A stretch of 64,000 nucleotides of DNA, taken from Tetramitus jugosus (Eukaryota; Protista; Heterolobosea). The position numbers were made by a program, and so were the translations under genes. Below are positions 52,606 to 64,000 of the stretch, piece by piece. Position 1 is the stretch's first letter, and every line of letters begins with the position of its first letter. The DNA lies in contig OW569362.1 in assembly GCA_937625935.1 (NCBI GenBank), positions 62,001-126,000 on the forward strand, in the 5' to 3' direction. The notes beneath the pieces are model-generated. The model did not search any database and was not told where the DNA came from. It saw nothing but the letters and a program-made list of their open reading frames with translations.

Positions 52606-55600
52606 ACAACAACAATGGGAAGAAATTACAGATGCAAGGTTCTCTCTGAGCACAAATGATTCAGTGATTGATCAACCATCCTATCATTTATCACCCATGT
52701 CACAACAACAACAACAGTCCTCACAAGCATCACCTTCTCATCACAACAATCATCATCATCAGAACTCTTCATTGAAAAATAAAGCAGAGTTATCATGGGA
52801 CGATGAAGAAGTGGGAATGATGACAACAGCCAATAACAACAATAATAAGAATGCTAAAGTTGTGGATGACTTGTTTTTTTCAAGTGTCATGCCTTCCACA
52901 ACAACAACAACAACAACAACAGCAACCAACAATGCCTCTTCCTCACAAAACAATGAAACAAGTACTGCTAAAAAATCATCAAGTAATGAACAGCAGCAAC
53001 AGCAGTCAATCATGATGAACACGAATCAAGTGGTTCATCAGAGACATCACAGACACTTGGCTACACTGTCACCAAACAAGGTCAGTGCAGTGAATGATAG
53101 TGTAAAGCCTGTTTCGTTCAGACAGGTGATTAGTGATGGTCACAAGGGACTCTATCATGTGATTGCATGTCTGTGCTCGAATGATGTGATTCTACTGAGG
53201 TTTGTCGGTGTTGTCACCACGAGCAAGAATGTGGCTACACCAGCAGCAAGTTCAAGTGCCAACAACCATAGCAGTGGCAGTGTACAAGAGACTGATGAAG
53301 TGAGTGAGCGATCGGGACACAGTGTCAGCACATCGGATGATGATCCTACAGAAATGTTGGGTGTCGCTGACTTGTTGGATGATGAACCTGTGGCAGCACT
53401 CGGTGACAGAAGATTTAGAACAGTGACTGGAAAACATGGCAATGTGGATGACGAAGAAGATGCAACCAGTGTTCAGTTATGCAGTCCTATTGTTCGATGC
53501 GTTACATACTTTAAGGACTTCAATGTGAACATATCATGCATTACGCTGGGTCATCACGGCAAGTGGTTAACATGTGTGACTCATGATGGCGACGTGTTTA
53601 TTATTCCAGTGTGTAGACTATTGTTCCCGTACGTAGCAGATAACAGTTGGCCATTTAGAGAACCAACAACGAGTGCATCCGCTGGTAGTAGTGGTGTGGG
53701 CAGTATGGTGAATAGTTCTCAAAGAGGATTCGTCTCTCTCAAGGATTATACGACATTTGTGACCGAGTCTAACCGATCAGAGAAGAGTACAACAAACATT
53801 TTGAATCACGTGAAAGAATTGGAGTTAGTCATGACATCGAAACCAATTCATGCAAAGATGACAGCAAACTCATCGATTGCTAAAAACAGACGACTATACA
53901 ACATCAAGAAACATGGAAAATGCATGTGCAGCACTTGGTGGTTTTCTTTTGAACAAGCAAGTTATTTATTATTTGGAACCGATAAGGGATTTGTAATTAT
54001 TTTGAATATTCAATCACAGACAGAAGAGGGTGTGATACAGATATCAAACTCTCCAATCAAACGAATGAATTTGATTGTGGATCCACAGCATAAGTTTAAA
54101 TATTTATTGATCAGTTGCTCGAGAGGCAACTTTTTCAAGTTGGTGCTAGAGCAAGAGGATTATGATTTCCATACATACAAGAACATTTGTGAATACTATG
54201 GTAATGAGAATGCCATTCACACAATGACAAATGAGATGAAAAGAGACATGGAAGATTTTAAGCCAACAAAATTGGAGCGACTTTGCCAATCTTATCCTTG
54301 CCGTGTGAGAGTGTACGATGATTCCAAGAAGGGTCCAATGCTCACATGCTTCTCTAACTCAACTCATCAATTCTCTATCTTTGATCCAGAGTCACAAAGA
54401 TTCCCATTGTATGTTTATCAATTGAACAATGATTCTGCGCTTGTTCACTGCACAGACAAATTATTGTTTAGTGTTCAGAAACCAAAGGTTGAAGTATCAA
54501 AATCGAATGAACAACCAGAAAAGCTGTGGGTGTCATCCCGAATGTTGTTAATGTCCGGAAATGCTAGTGGTATTGATGAGTGGTCCTATTCACACAACGG
54601 AGTAAGATCAAGCAGAAATGCGGCAGTGTTCCAAGAGTTTGTCCTCCCCAATGATCAAGTCATTCTAGGATTTCTTCCTGGATTTGGATATCGCTCAAAG
54701 GGAAATCATGTGTTGGATGATTCTGAAGTTGCTGACGAAGACGAGCCAAATGAAGAGGAAGGGGTGTATGTGTACACTCAGAACGCAATTTATGAACTCA
54801 AAGAAAAGAATTCTCCAAAGGATATTTTCAAACATATTTTGGTCAATTCGAATGGCATTGGGAGAAATCACGCCTTTTCTGCAGATCAATTTGGAAAAAC
54901 ATTTGGTTTGGACTTGTTCAATCTGTATGAGAGAGCAGCTGATGAAGCATATCAAACAGGAAACTACAAGTTAGCATTTAATTTGTACTCATTGTCCAAT
55001 GTGAGTGAATCGAAGTTAGTGTCGCGATTGATGCAATCTCATCGAATCAATTCAGTTTTAGATTACTTGTCTGCTACTCTGAGTAGTCCCGACACTCTAT
55101 CAATGAAAAAGCGCTCAGAGTTGTCTGATATGTTGCTTCTCAGCTTCATGTTTCGAATTACAACAAGCTATGTGCCATCTGAGCAAGCATCTCGAACGAA
55201 GCAGACAGAGCAATATCAAGAAAATAATTCTGAGAGTGCATCAGAGGAGGAGGAATCATCTCAAATTTTGCTCGTTACGAAAACAGATGAGAATCGAGAC
55301 GATGATCCGTTCCATACCTGGAATTTGGGTCATCAGAAGAACTTGAGCAACGATCCAAACATTGACGTTGCATTATGGAGACGTTTTAGACATTTCCTAC
55401 ATTCCAATCAAGACTATAACCCTACGTTAGCTTTGACTCATCTGATTGCACGTGGTTTTATTGGACTCAGCTTGGAAGTTGCCCACAAGAGCAAGCTTAT
55501 GGCAAAATGTTTGCAATTATTGGTCCGAAAGGGATATATTATTCTTCAAGAACAATATCTCGATTTTCTTTATGAATTCGATTACTCATCTATCGTGTTT

Positions 55601-57358
55601 ACCACGGGTGATGGTATTCTACTCAAATCATGTAGCCCATCATTGTATGCCAAGTTTATTATGAGTTATCTCCAATATCTGAAGAGACAAAAAGAGGATC
55701 ACTCAAAGAAGCGTAGAGATTTAAATGAGCGCTCAGATGATTTCGGATCGCCCTACTTTGGATACACAGAAAAGAAGAATACGTACAGATGCACATTCTT
55801 TGAGGATGATATCCACAGAAAGATACACTTACAACTACCATCAACACTATTTTCTCTCATTCCGTACATCAGGGATGAACAAATACTGGTACAAATTGCC
55901 GAATTTTTCAATCCTGAACAAACAACGTTCTCTCATCAGAGTTCCCAACCAAAACGAGTGAGTGAGAAGGTGGACAAGAAAAATTTGTTCTTCTCAGACA
56001 CATTAGCGTTACTGGAACAGAAACAACCAGTCAAAAAGGTGGAAAAGCCAGAAAAGAGCGTTGATGTAGATGTACCCGGTTCATTTGACAAGGATTATCA
56101 TTTTCCATATATACACAAGCAACAACACATTGAATTATATTTGTTGACGCTGCTGTGTCTCTGTTTCTTGAAGAAGCAACGAGCCTCCATGCTTATGAGT
56201 ACGACCCATGCAACAAATCCTGTAGAAACGCAGGATCAGAATCAAAAGAAGCAACCTTTCGCTCGAAACTCATTCCTCACTTCAGCACAGGAGAAGCTGG
56301 AAGAAGCTTTACGAACATTCACAGAGCATTACAGAAAACAATTTATCCTCCGCAAGTGTCTACAATATCAGAATAAGTCTGGAGTAACGGTTATTTATGA
56401 GACGAGCAGTATGTGGATGGAGGCTCTATGCTGCAAGTTGAGTCAGATAAAAGACACGTACTCCACATTTATTACCCATTATACGGATAATAATCAACGA
56501 GTTGAATTTACTGAGAGAATTGCTAGAAATATACTCTCTATTTTTGAGAAATATGTAATTCGATCAATGCCAGAAGAACAAACTACCCGCACATCCAATG
56601 AAGAGATGAAGGACAATGTACAATCTCAGATGATTCTAAAAATCTTCTTATTCTGGCATGACATGGATCTTCCACTGACTCTGATTGAAGAATACTGCTT
56701 GAAGCATCTCCATGTTATTGGAGACAGTCTCTCATACATTTTAATGCAGTATGAGGGAGACGAAACGAACAGACCATTCCACTTACCCTTCTCTCACAAA
56801 TTCTACCTAAAGATTACTCAAACATTCGTCAAATCAATCAAGAAGCATCACAGTGAAGAGAATGTGAGTAATCACAACCTCCAGCTCCAAATTCTGCGAA
56901 ATATGGAGAAGGATATTCAAGCTCGAGTCAACGTGACTTCATTGGTTTCCTCATTGATGAGCAAGATGATCATATTCTCATGTTCTCACAAGTATCCATA
57001 CAAGACATTTTACGGAAACTTACTGACAGAATTTAAGTCGAGAATGCAACCATTTATTTTGGAGGAGAAAACAAACGAGCCTACTCAGCCAAGTCACTCC
57101 GTCGCTACGCACAATACTGTAGACATTGAAAAGTATTTGACAGAGAAACTGAGAAGTGGTGATTCAGATGATGTTCATAGATTTATTTGTACTGTGGCGA
57201 TGAAGTTAGTTTTGGCTGATTACCAACTTGCATCTGAGCTGACAGACGTTAAGGAAACATCCAAACAGGTTCTTCTGAATCAATCATGTCCAATATGTGT
57301 GTTTAACACATTCTGTAAGTATAGCAGAACTGGTACCAATCAATTCTGGTCCACCTGA
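52217..57358 (+). CDS. Large WD40-like propeller + alpha-solenoid protein with degenerate C-terminal RING-like motif (Vps8/Vps41-type architecture, unassigned)
   Basis: WD-like blades (ISCITLGHHGKWLTCVTHDGDVFII; YLLFGTDKGFVIIL), helical repeats, IFSCSHKY...CPICVF; low-complexity N-terminus. Confidence 0.75.
52571..52615 (+). repeat. (CAA/CAG)15 poly-Q tract
   Basis: Direct reading; lies in frame in the 52217 gene. Confidence 0.85.
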
Positions 57359-57388
57359 TCTCACGAATAAATGTGATTCGCCATCTAT

Positions 57389-59215
57389 TTATTCCTTATC
57401 CTTTGTTTTTCCAAGCCATGGCCGCAGTATCCCAAAACCACCAGACCTTCGTTTCACTTGAGCGGGAGGATCCAAACTAATAGATGTCACAGGTTTCGGG
57501 GCGGTTTTCTCCTCTTGAATGCTTTGAGAAACATTACCCAGGTTGAAGAACATGTAATAAGCGACACTGGGTCGTTGCTTCAGTTCATCAAAGTCAAGCC
57601 TAACTTTGATACAGAAACTGATTTTTCCATGGGAATTCAAAGGGGTGACCCGCATTCTTGTTGTTAAAGTGTTTTGGCTCTGACCTAGAAGCCATTCATT
57701 TGTCTCGAACTCTTTTGAAGTTCTCTCTGACGATGGGAGAAGTTCAGAATTAAAATCTTTCTGAGTAAGTTCACTGACTCTCATTGGTTGGTCACTACAC
57801 TCAACAATAGCAGTGGTATCGATCGTACTAGCTTGAGACAACATAACTGTGATGACTACACTCTGAGGATTTCTCAATAGCAGAAATATATTACTTGGTT
57901 GATTATGTGTGAACACTGGCCAGTTAATGATGGATGCACTCGGAATGTATTGTGTTGCATTAGTATCTAGATCGAATCCGCTCTTCGATCTTTTTACAAT
58001 CAACTGCTCGTTTGATCTCCTGAAGATTTTTGTACAGAGCAGTTTCCGGTTCGGCCATTGATAACACGCAATAAGGTTGGGTGCACCCAACGATGGATTT
58101 TCTAGTCGTTGATGGAAAGAGCATTGCTCGGTATACTGAAAATCCGATGACATGAATGCCTGAAGGGACTGCTCTTCCTGTCCCATGATCTGGTTGAGAG
58201 ATGCGGTACTAGAAGGACTTTTAGATATCTTTGTATGATTGAGAGTCTCTCCAAGTTTATCCTCTCCTCTTTTGTGACTCCAATCGCTTCTTCTTTTCAT
58301 TGGCTCTCTTGATGATTTTTGGGAACTCTCTATTTCTCGCTGCAAGAGTTTGATTCTATCTCGTCGATTTAGTAAGAGACCGGCAACCTCGTTTTTCAAT
58401 CTCGATTCGTACTCTCTGATTTGTTGAAGGAGCCCACTCGATTTTGGATCTCTCAAACGAATGATAAGAGAATTCCACCTGCAAAACAAACAATTGAAGT
58501 AGAAATATCCTTCATCATCTCGCAAAAAATTCAACTTTGAAGAACACATTGGACACTCACAACAGAAGGAGCATCGTCCTGATTGAGCTATTGCTTCCTT
58601 TTCCGTAACTTCTTGAAGACATTGAATGCAACGATACATTCGGACTTCTTCACCTAAACTGGAATCCCTTACAAAGGTACAAGAATTTGGTTCGAAATAG
58701 AGTTTGTTCAGCGGCATCTTTGAACTCACATCGCATCCATACAGAATTGCCACATTATTCATCTGGCTTCGTTCTCCTTTAAATAGTGTCTTTTGTGGGG
58801 AAATGAAGATCACACCACCGTTTAATGAAGCGTTCTTAGAGGTCGCATCTTCAGCCCTTGTACGGAAGTATGCTTTGATCATGATTCTTTTAACAGGTAC
58901 TTGCTGGGCTAGAAAACGGTCGGTAAGGTTACTCAAACTTTCAGAGAGTCGATGAATGACTTCAAAACACTCAGTAACATTCTCCTTGTAAAACAGATTC
59001 GGAACCAAGATAATTTCGATGGTCACACTCGTTCGGGGATAAAGCAATCCTACCTGGGGAGAAATAGTGAAGTACTTTTGCTTTGGATTCTTGAAGGAAA
59101 AACTGGCAAATTCAGATGGACTGTTATTGAACAGAACTAAGGAATGGTGAGTTTTGTACAACTCAGGGTGAGGAAATGAGAGTTCTTTTGGTTCATAGTC
59201 GATAGTTGAATTCAT
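57389..59215 (-). CDS. DCTN4: MSP-domain / dynactin p62 fusion protein
   Basis: aa 1-117 are MSP-like (EPKELSF..LVLFNNS..FSFK..YFTISPQVGLLYPRTSVTIEI). From M152 (58762) it is p62-like: PLNKLYF, CIQCL, RCSFCCECPMC, YFNCLFCRWNS, SFHQRL..P, LLLRNP. Confidence 0.85.
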   Translation of the reverse strand: MNSTIDYEPKELSFPHPELYKTHHSLVLFNNSPSEFASFSFKNPKQKYFTISPQVGLLYPRTSVTIEIILVPNLFYKENVTECFEVIHRLSESLSNLTDRFLAQQVPVKRIMIKAYFRTRAEDATSKNASLNGGVIFISPQKTLFKGERSQMNNVAILYGCDVSSKMPLNKLYFEPNSCTFVRDSSLGEEVRMYRCIQCLQEVTEKEAIAQSGRCSFCCECPMCSSKLNFLRDDEGYFYFNCLFCRWNSLIIRLRDPKSSGLLQQIREYESRLKNEVAGLLLNRRDRIKLLQREIESSQKSSREPMKRRSDWSHKRGEDKLGETLNHTKISKSPSSTASLNQIMGQEEQSLQAFMSSDFQYTEQCSFHQRLENPSLGAPNLIACYQWPNRKLLCTKIFRRSNEQLIVKRSKSGFDLDTNATQYIPSASIINWPVFTHNQPSNIFLLLRNPQSVVITVMLSQASTIDTTAIVECSDQPMRVSELTQKDFNSELLPSSERTSKEFETNEWLLGQSQNTLTTRMRVTPLNSHGKISFCIKVRLDFDELKQRPSVAYYMFFNLGNVSQSIQEEKTAPKPVTSISLDPPAQVKRRSGGFGILRPWLGKTKDKE

Positions 59216-59344
59216 AGTTGCTAAAGAGTGTACTCTTCAATACGAAAATTGTGTTCGTGTGCACAGTAGACTTCATTATCTTTTCTCCGCTCAGTTCGAG
59301 CGTTATTGTAAATCAGATGGAGGTCTCTCGTGAACCACTGAAAA

Positions 59345-60398
59345 ATGAGTGAAAAAAGGAACGAGACGGATCTGTTAGGGAAGAATAGTGTTGTTCTCAC
59401 AAAAGTGATCGACGACAAAACTGTCGACGAGACGGAGCTCTCGTTTGAGGAGTCTCTTCAGGATGACGCTTGCATTAGACTCTATCATAAAGGAAAGAAC
59501 TTTTTGAAAATGAAGAATGCGAGAATGGAGCAAGAAAGAAAAAGGAAAGAAGAAGAGTTGTGTAAGAATCTAAGTTTTAAGCCCGAGATCTCCAAGCGAG
59601 CTCAAAAACTTCACATGAACAGGGAAGATCACTATAAGTATAACAATGATTGGGTATGTCATTGACTCAACCTTGGTTCTTCTTGGATTATTTCTAACAA
59701 ACCCTTATAGAAACTTCGGATAGAGCAGGACTTGGAAAAGAAGAGACAGATAAAGAAGTTAGAGGAAGAAGAGAGCTCTAAGATAAAACCAGTCATCATG
59801 TCGAAGCGGACACAGAGTATCATTAAGAAACAACAAAAGAATAACCTATACAACGGCCCAATATCAGGTTGGGAGAAACGCGTTGGTAAGTTTTCCTTGA
59901 TAGTTGTCACATACATTGTCTTCATACTGATCGTATATTTTAGACCAGTACCGAGCTTCAAAGAGCGAACACGACGATGGGAGAGAAAAAACACCGAAAT
60001 CTGACAAGGTGAATCGAAAGGGGCGAGAAAATGCCTTTGAGAGATTGTACAACTTGGCTCAGATCAAGAGGGAAAACAGTCTCGACCAGGAGAATGCAAC
60101 CCAGGAATACTGCACACCTAAGGCAAAACGTTCTGTCCCATCAAAAAAGAGGAGTGAATCAAAAGAGTGGAACCGAAGAGATTCAAGGGACTATTGTATT
60201 GATAGAGATTATACACCAAGATCAACAGAACGATTGAAAAATCACTCTAACGACGAGATATTCTTCTCCCCAACACATTCAAGCTCCCCCTCTCGCTATT
60301 CGAGGTCATTCTACGAGAATGATGACATTGATGTCATCGAGAACGATGTCACGAGCGCTTTGGATGACTGGTCTCGATTGGAGAGCTTACTTCGCTAA
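59345..60398 (+). CDS. Hypothetical basic coiled-coil protein, 3 exons (introns 59654-59710 and 59886-59943)
   Basis: Both canonical introns link the three track ORFs in frame; LSFKPEISKRAQKL and AFERLY motifs of the kind seen in protist cytoskeletal proteins. Confidence 0.8.
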
Positions 60399-60522
60399 CT
60401 GTAAAAGAAGAAATCGATGTCGCCTGCTCGAATACAATCAACCAGTTCTTTTTTTGGGATAGGACAACTAAAAAAATATTTCTTCCATCCGAAACCCACC
60501 TCACACAAACAAACAAGAAAGA

Positions 60523-61755
60523 ATGTCTGTAGAATACAAGGAACTTCCATTTTATGCATGGCAATCCAATGTCGTTCTTGGGATACAAAAGATGCAATCG
60601 CCGTTCCTCAATGTGCTATTTGACGTTGTGGAAATGGGAACAAAAGGACCACTGTACCCAATGTTCATTTTTGGAACGATGATTATGTTTGATTTTTTAT
60701 TGGGATATCAAATGGCTGTACTGTTGGCATTCAATGTGATTGTGAGTCTCAACTTGAAGTATTGGATAAGAGGAGGAAGGCCATTCTGGACAAATAGAGA
60801 TGTGGTGGCCAGGGAATGTCATGTTCAAACTTTTGGTTTTCCATCGGGACATGTTCAGGCGCCCACTGTACTCATGCTCTTCTTCTGGTTGTATTTGCGG
60901 AAGTATCAGTTGAAAAACAAACCAAGAGTCAAAAGAATTCTTTTGTGGACGTTAGGCATTGGTTTCTTTGGGTTTTTGTTTCTGGCAGGATTCTCTAGAC
61001 TCTACGTAGGTGTTCACTTCATTCATGACTTGGCGGCTGGCTACTTCTTTGGAGTTCTCATTGTTGCCTTTCATATCTTAGCTCTAGTGCCTCTTGTTGT
61101 TCGCCCGTTGGCCCGATATGTTGTCAATGGAAAATTGACTCAATTCTTCCATGTGATGTTGATTGCACTACTCGCTTCATTTTCAATCTCTACTATGTGT
61201 ATATTGAGTACAACTCTACCGCTGCGGTTGTTGAACTTTCCAGACCAAAACTGGAAGATTATATCCAATTCCAAATGCAGTGAACCGATTAGTGCATTCT
61301 CTGGTTATCAGGATCAATATTTTCTATTACTCGGTTTCCTCTATGGTACATGCTTTGGCATCATTTATTGTTTGAAGTACAAGCCATTTGTCTCGCATAC
61401 TCAGAGTTTGATCAGAAGAGTACTCCGACTCTTGTTTCTGGGAGTTATCATGCTTCCATGTGTTGGAGTTTACCTCATAGAATCAATGATTCTTAAGAAG
61501 AAGATGAACCTTGCTTCCGAAGTGTGGTCATTTGTTGACATGTTTCTGGGTCTCTTGGGAGGTTTGTACTTTATCTTAGTGGGGTTCCCTCTGCTCGAGA
61601 GATTGAATCTCATGGAAGTGGATCGAGAAGTGTGGAATGAAGCAATGGTATCCAGAATTAAATGGTTCAGCCAAGGCCGAAGAGGATTAGAAGAGGAAGA
61701 ACAACCGATAAGTACTAAGCCTGTTGCCTCGTATGACAATGTTAGTGTTGCATAA
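60523..61755 (+). CDS. PAP2-superfamily integral membrane phosphatase (G6Pase/lipid-phosphate phosphatase-like)
   Basis: KYWIRGGRP (KxxxxxxRP), FPSGH and SRLYVGVHF motifs; multiple TM helices. Confidence 0.92.
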   Translation: MSVEYKELPFYAWQSNVVLGIQKMQSPFLNVLFDVVEMGTKGPLYPMFIFGTMIMFDFLLGYQMAVLLAFNVIVSLNLKYWIRGGRPFWTNRDVVARECHVQTFGFPSGHVQAPTVLMLFFWLYLRKYQLKNKPRVKRILLWTLGIGFFGFLFLAGFSRLYVGVHFIHDLAAGYFFGVLIVAFHILALVPLVVRPLARYVVNGKLTQFFHVMLIALLASFSISTMCILSTTLPLRLLNFPDQNWKIISNSKCSEPISAFSGYQDQYFLLLGFLYGTCFGIIYCLKYKPFVSHTQSLIRRVLRLLFLGVIMLPCVGVYLIESMILKKKMNLASEVWSFVDMFLGLLGGLYFILVGFPLLERLNLMEVDREVWNEAMVSRIKWFSQGRRGLEEEEQPISTKPVASYDNVSVA

Positions 61756-62017
61756 TCTGATTGCGATGACTCATGTTCTCAAGATGAATATCGAGAATGG
61801 ATTGGTGGTGATCGACCTGAATCTCTCTGATCTGTCAACTTCCAAGAAAGGTTAACATGTCCCATCAATCTGAACAGGAGTGGTCCTGAAATATGTGGTA
61901 AACGTGTTGTATAATTAGCTGATGTGTGATAAACCAGTTGGAACGAACTTTACCACGCGCCACAAACCCAAGCAATCAAAGCAACCACGTGACTAGATCT
62001 AGATCCTTAAAATCTCA

Positions 62018-62266
62018 ATGAAACGTTTCCTAAAGGTTGAATGGTTAAGAGCACCATCTGTCTCCAGAAAAAGGAAAGTGCATGTCCCCATCTTTCCAAA
62101 GGATCCTCTTCTTACTCGTAATCCCAGATCCCTCAAATCACCCAGACATTTTAATTTGCCAAAGAGATATGAAACCGAGGAGAGAATCTCCATGAATGAT
62201 CAACGAGAAGAGTACTTTGACTACGTACAAGATTCATATGACGATATTTCCAAGTCATCCATCTAA
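62018..62266 (+). CDS. Possible small protein with basic N-terminus and acidic C-terminus (82 aa)
   Basis: ATG-initiated ORF filling the intergenic gap, preceded by CACGTG; no homology recognised. Confidence 0.4.
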   Translation: MKRFLKVEWLRAPSVSRKRKVHVPIFPKDPLLTRNPRSLKSPRHFNLPKRYETEERISMNDQREEYFDYVQDSYDDISKSSI

Positions 62267-62345
62267 AACACCTTACACATCTAACCTTATGTCTAGAATA
62301 AAATTTATCATCGCAGCAACAGTCTGCTATTCTTCATACACACAT

Positions 62346-63473
62346 TTAGAACAGAGCGAGAGTCACGAGAGAAACAATGAGCAACATGATGGCTGTACCC
62401 CATGCGTGAGCAGCAGGTGCAGCAGAAGTCTCACCAACCTCCTTTCTGATACCAATGGCCAAAGTACCATCACTGCCACCAATTCTACCAATATATGTCA
62501 ACTCACTATTCGTATCTCCGTCCCAGGCTGCATTGATAATAGGAGCAATATATACGTGGCATCCATCCTTGTGAAGTGTTCTGTTTGTCACTTCCTTTCC
62601 ATTGACAATATCAATAATCGTAGCACTGGTGAGTACACTGTGAGCAATCGTAGACATGCCCGTACTACCCTGCACACACACGTTCACACCAACGGCGTCA
62701 ATGTCCTTTGATGTTGTAATGACAACACCAGATGGTAGTGTCAATTGCCCCTTGACGACACCGTAGGCTGAATCTTGGTAACCACAAGTGAAATCAAGCA
62801 CGTCAGTTCGGTTCAACATGGCTGATTCACCCACTGGACAACTCGTAGCATTGTCACACTTTGGATTGACCCATTTGCCCTCAATCGACATTCCGCTCAT
62901 GATGAAATCATAGCTATCTTGCTTGTACATGTTGGACACAATATTGTCCTGATAGGACGCTTGCCATGCAGAAACCGTAAAGTATGCCTGATACGCTTGA
63001 CCCCAATACTTGATACCAATGCGCTCAGACACTGAAGCAGCAATATCGGCCTCAAATCCCTCACATGTTCCATAATTGGGCAACGTAGTGTTCTGAACAG
63101 ACACATAACCATATCTCTTTGGATAATTGTCCTTGACATTGTTGGCAGCAAACAACAAAAACTTTTTGGATAGAATGTTGGCCCACGTGTCATCACGCAT
63201 CAACTCTTGCTTTGCAGGCCAATCGATAAATGGACAAATGGGATCAGGTGTAGGCAAATCTTGACCATTGCCAAACCATGACTCATAAATTTTCTTGAAG
63301 CCCTTGGATGTGGTCGTGTCGAAGATCATGTCACGAATGGCCTTGCCCATGACTCTCTGAGTCAGACTGTACTTGGAAGTGGCAGAGTGAGTCACACAGA
63401 GGAGAGTGGCGATGGTAGAGATCAACAGTAGTAGTAACAAGAGCGGGGATGATCTATTCTTGTGGGATATCAT
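62346..63473 (-). CDS. Solute-binding protein family 3 (periplasmic amino-acid-binding fold) with signal peptide and GPI-like tail
   Basis: GFEADIA..V.ERIG, DFIMSGMSI, RTDVLDFTCGY, VCVQGST and LAIGIRK motifs; hydrophobic N- and C-termini. Confidence 0.85.
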   Translation of the reverse strand: MISHKNRSSPLLLLLLLISTIATLLCVTHSATSKYSLTQRVMGKAIRDMIFDTTTSKGFKKIYESWFGNGQDLPTPDPICPFIDWPAKQELMRDDTWANILSKKFLLFAANNVKDNYPKRYGYVSVQNTTLPNYGTCEGFEADIAASVSERIGIKYWGQAYQAYFTVSAWQASYQDNIVSNMYKQDSYDFIMSGMSIEGKWVNPKCDNATSCPVGESAMLNRTDVLDFTCGYQDSAYGVVKGQLTLPSGVVITTSKDIDAVGVNVCVQGSTGMSTIAHSVLTSATIIDIVNGKEVTNRTLHKDGCHVYIAPIINAAWDGDTNSELTYIGRIGGSDGTLAIGIRKEVGETSAAPAAHAWGTAIMLLIVSLVTLALF

Positions 63474-63789
63474 TATTCTTGGTTGTTGTGGCGGTGGTTG
63501 TTTGTTCTGTTGGGAACAGGAAATTCAATCTCCACTTCTGGATTGACAGTCCGATAACGCGATTCAAGAAAAAAATGGCAGATTGGTCTTTTCTCAATTA
63601 TCCGCTCTACAGTCAACATGTTTTGAATTACTGATGGTTCCCAGTGCTTCATTTTTGATCAGTCCCGTCTTCAAATGTTCCAACAGCACAACATGACCTT
63701 CTCAGCCACAATATTGCACCAGGACCGTCCAAGTGAAAACTTTGTTGTAAATATTCTCCGAAGAAACAAAAAATCCTCCAAAATAAAAA

Positions 63790-64000
63790 ATGACAACAAC
63801 ATCACTCGATTGGAAGCCTGTGCACAGGAACTATCAAGAGGAGCATGAACAAATTCAAAAGTCAATGAGTGAGACATTGGAGACTGTTCAAGTGCATCCA
63901 TTGACCGCTCGACAAGTTCAACAACAACAGCAGCGAACCATGCAACAACTACAAAAGCAAAGCACAACATCATCAAAAAAGGTTTTGGATCCATTGTCAT
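63790..64000 (+). CDS. VPS35L: VPS35L/C16orf62 (Retriever subunit), 5' part only; absent from the ORF track
   Basis: MTTTSLDWKPVHRNYQEE...VHPL...STTSSKKVLDPLS matches the VPS35L N-terminus (W..RNY..E...HPL...STSS..VVDPLS); open to the window end. Confidence 0.75.
   Translation, partial: MTTTSLDWKPVHRNYQEEHEQIQKSMSETLETVQVHPLTARQVQQQQQRTMQQLQKQSTTSSKKVLDPLS

Noticed and set aside
63671-64000. 109-aa minus-strand ORF at the right edge
   Set aside because: It is antisense to the VPS35L-like plus-strand frame starting at 63790.
1-64000. CRISPR arrays, transposons, rRNA or viral insertions
   Set aside because: No spaced direct-repeat arrays, transposase, reverse-transcriptase or integrase motifs, terminal repeats or rRNA-like sequence were seen; the repeats are simple coding microsatellites.

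Overview
Gene-dense eukaryotic protist DNA, roughly 40% GC by eye. It has short GT-AG introns (56-173 nt), CAA-rich 5' leaders, many intergenic gaps under 200 bp and abundant Q/N/S/D homopolymer tracts. The overall style suggests a heterolobosean/discoban amoeboflagellate, but that assignment is inference. About 40 protein genes and one tRNA-Lys(CTT) are present. Several are only visible after splicing ORF-track pieces or are missing from the track: LAMTOR1, Hv1, mucolipin, MATE, calponin, LRR-DSP, BPI/LBP, a 5'-partial VPS35L and an 803-codon ORF running off the left edge. The most notable items are (1) an in-frame MSP-domain/dynactin-p62 fusion, (2) an F-box-ankyrin-CaaX protein with the architecture of Legionella AnkB, (3) a full-length NELF-A homolog, (4) two paralogous nuclear proteins sharing an unassigned CxxC..Y..FP..CxxCY zinc domain plus a related C-terminal domain, (5) a LamG + ZP-like surface protein, (6) a GPI-type anchored bacterial-style amino-acid-binding protein, and (7) decayed Rab7, Rho and TPR genes plus one in-frame TAG in the BPI gene. 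All family calls were made by motif recognition from memory; no database search was run.
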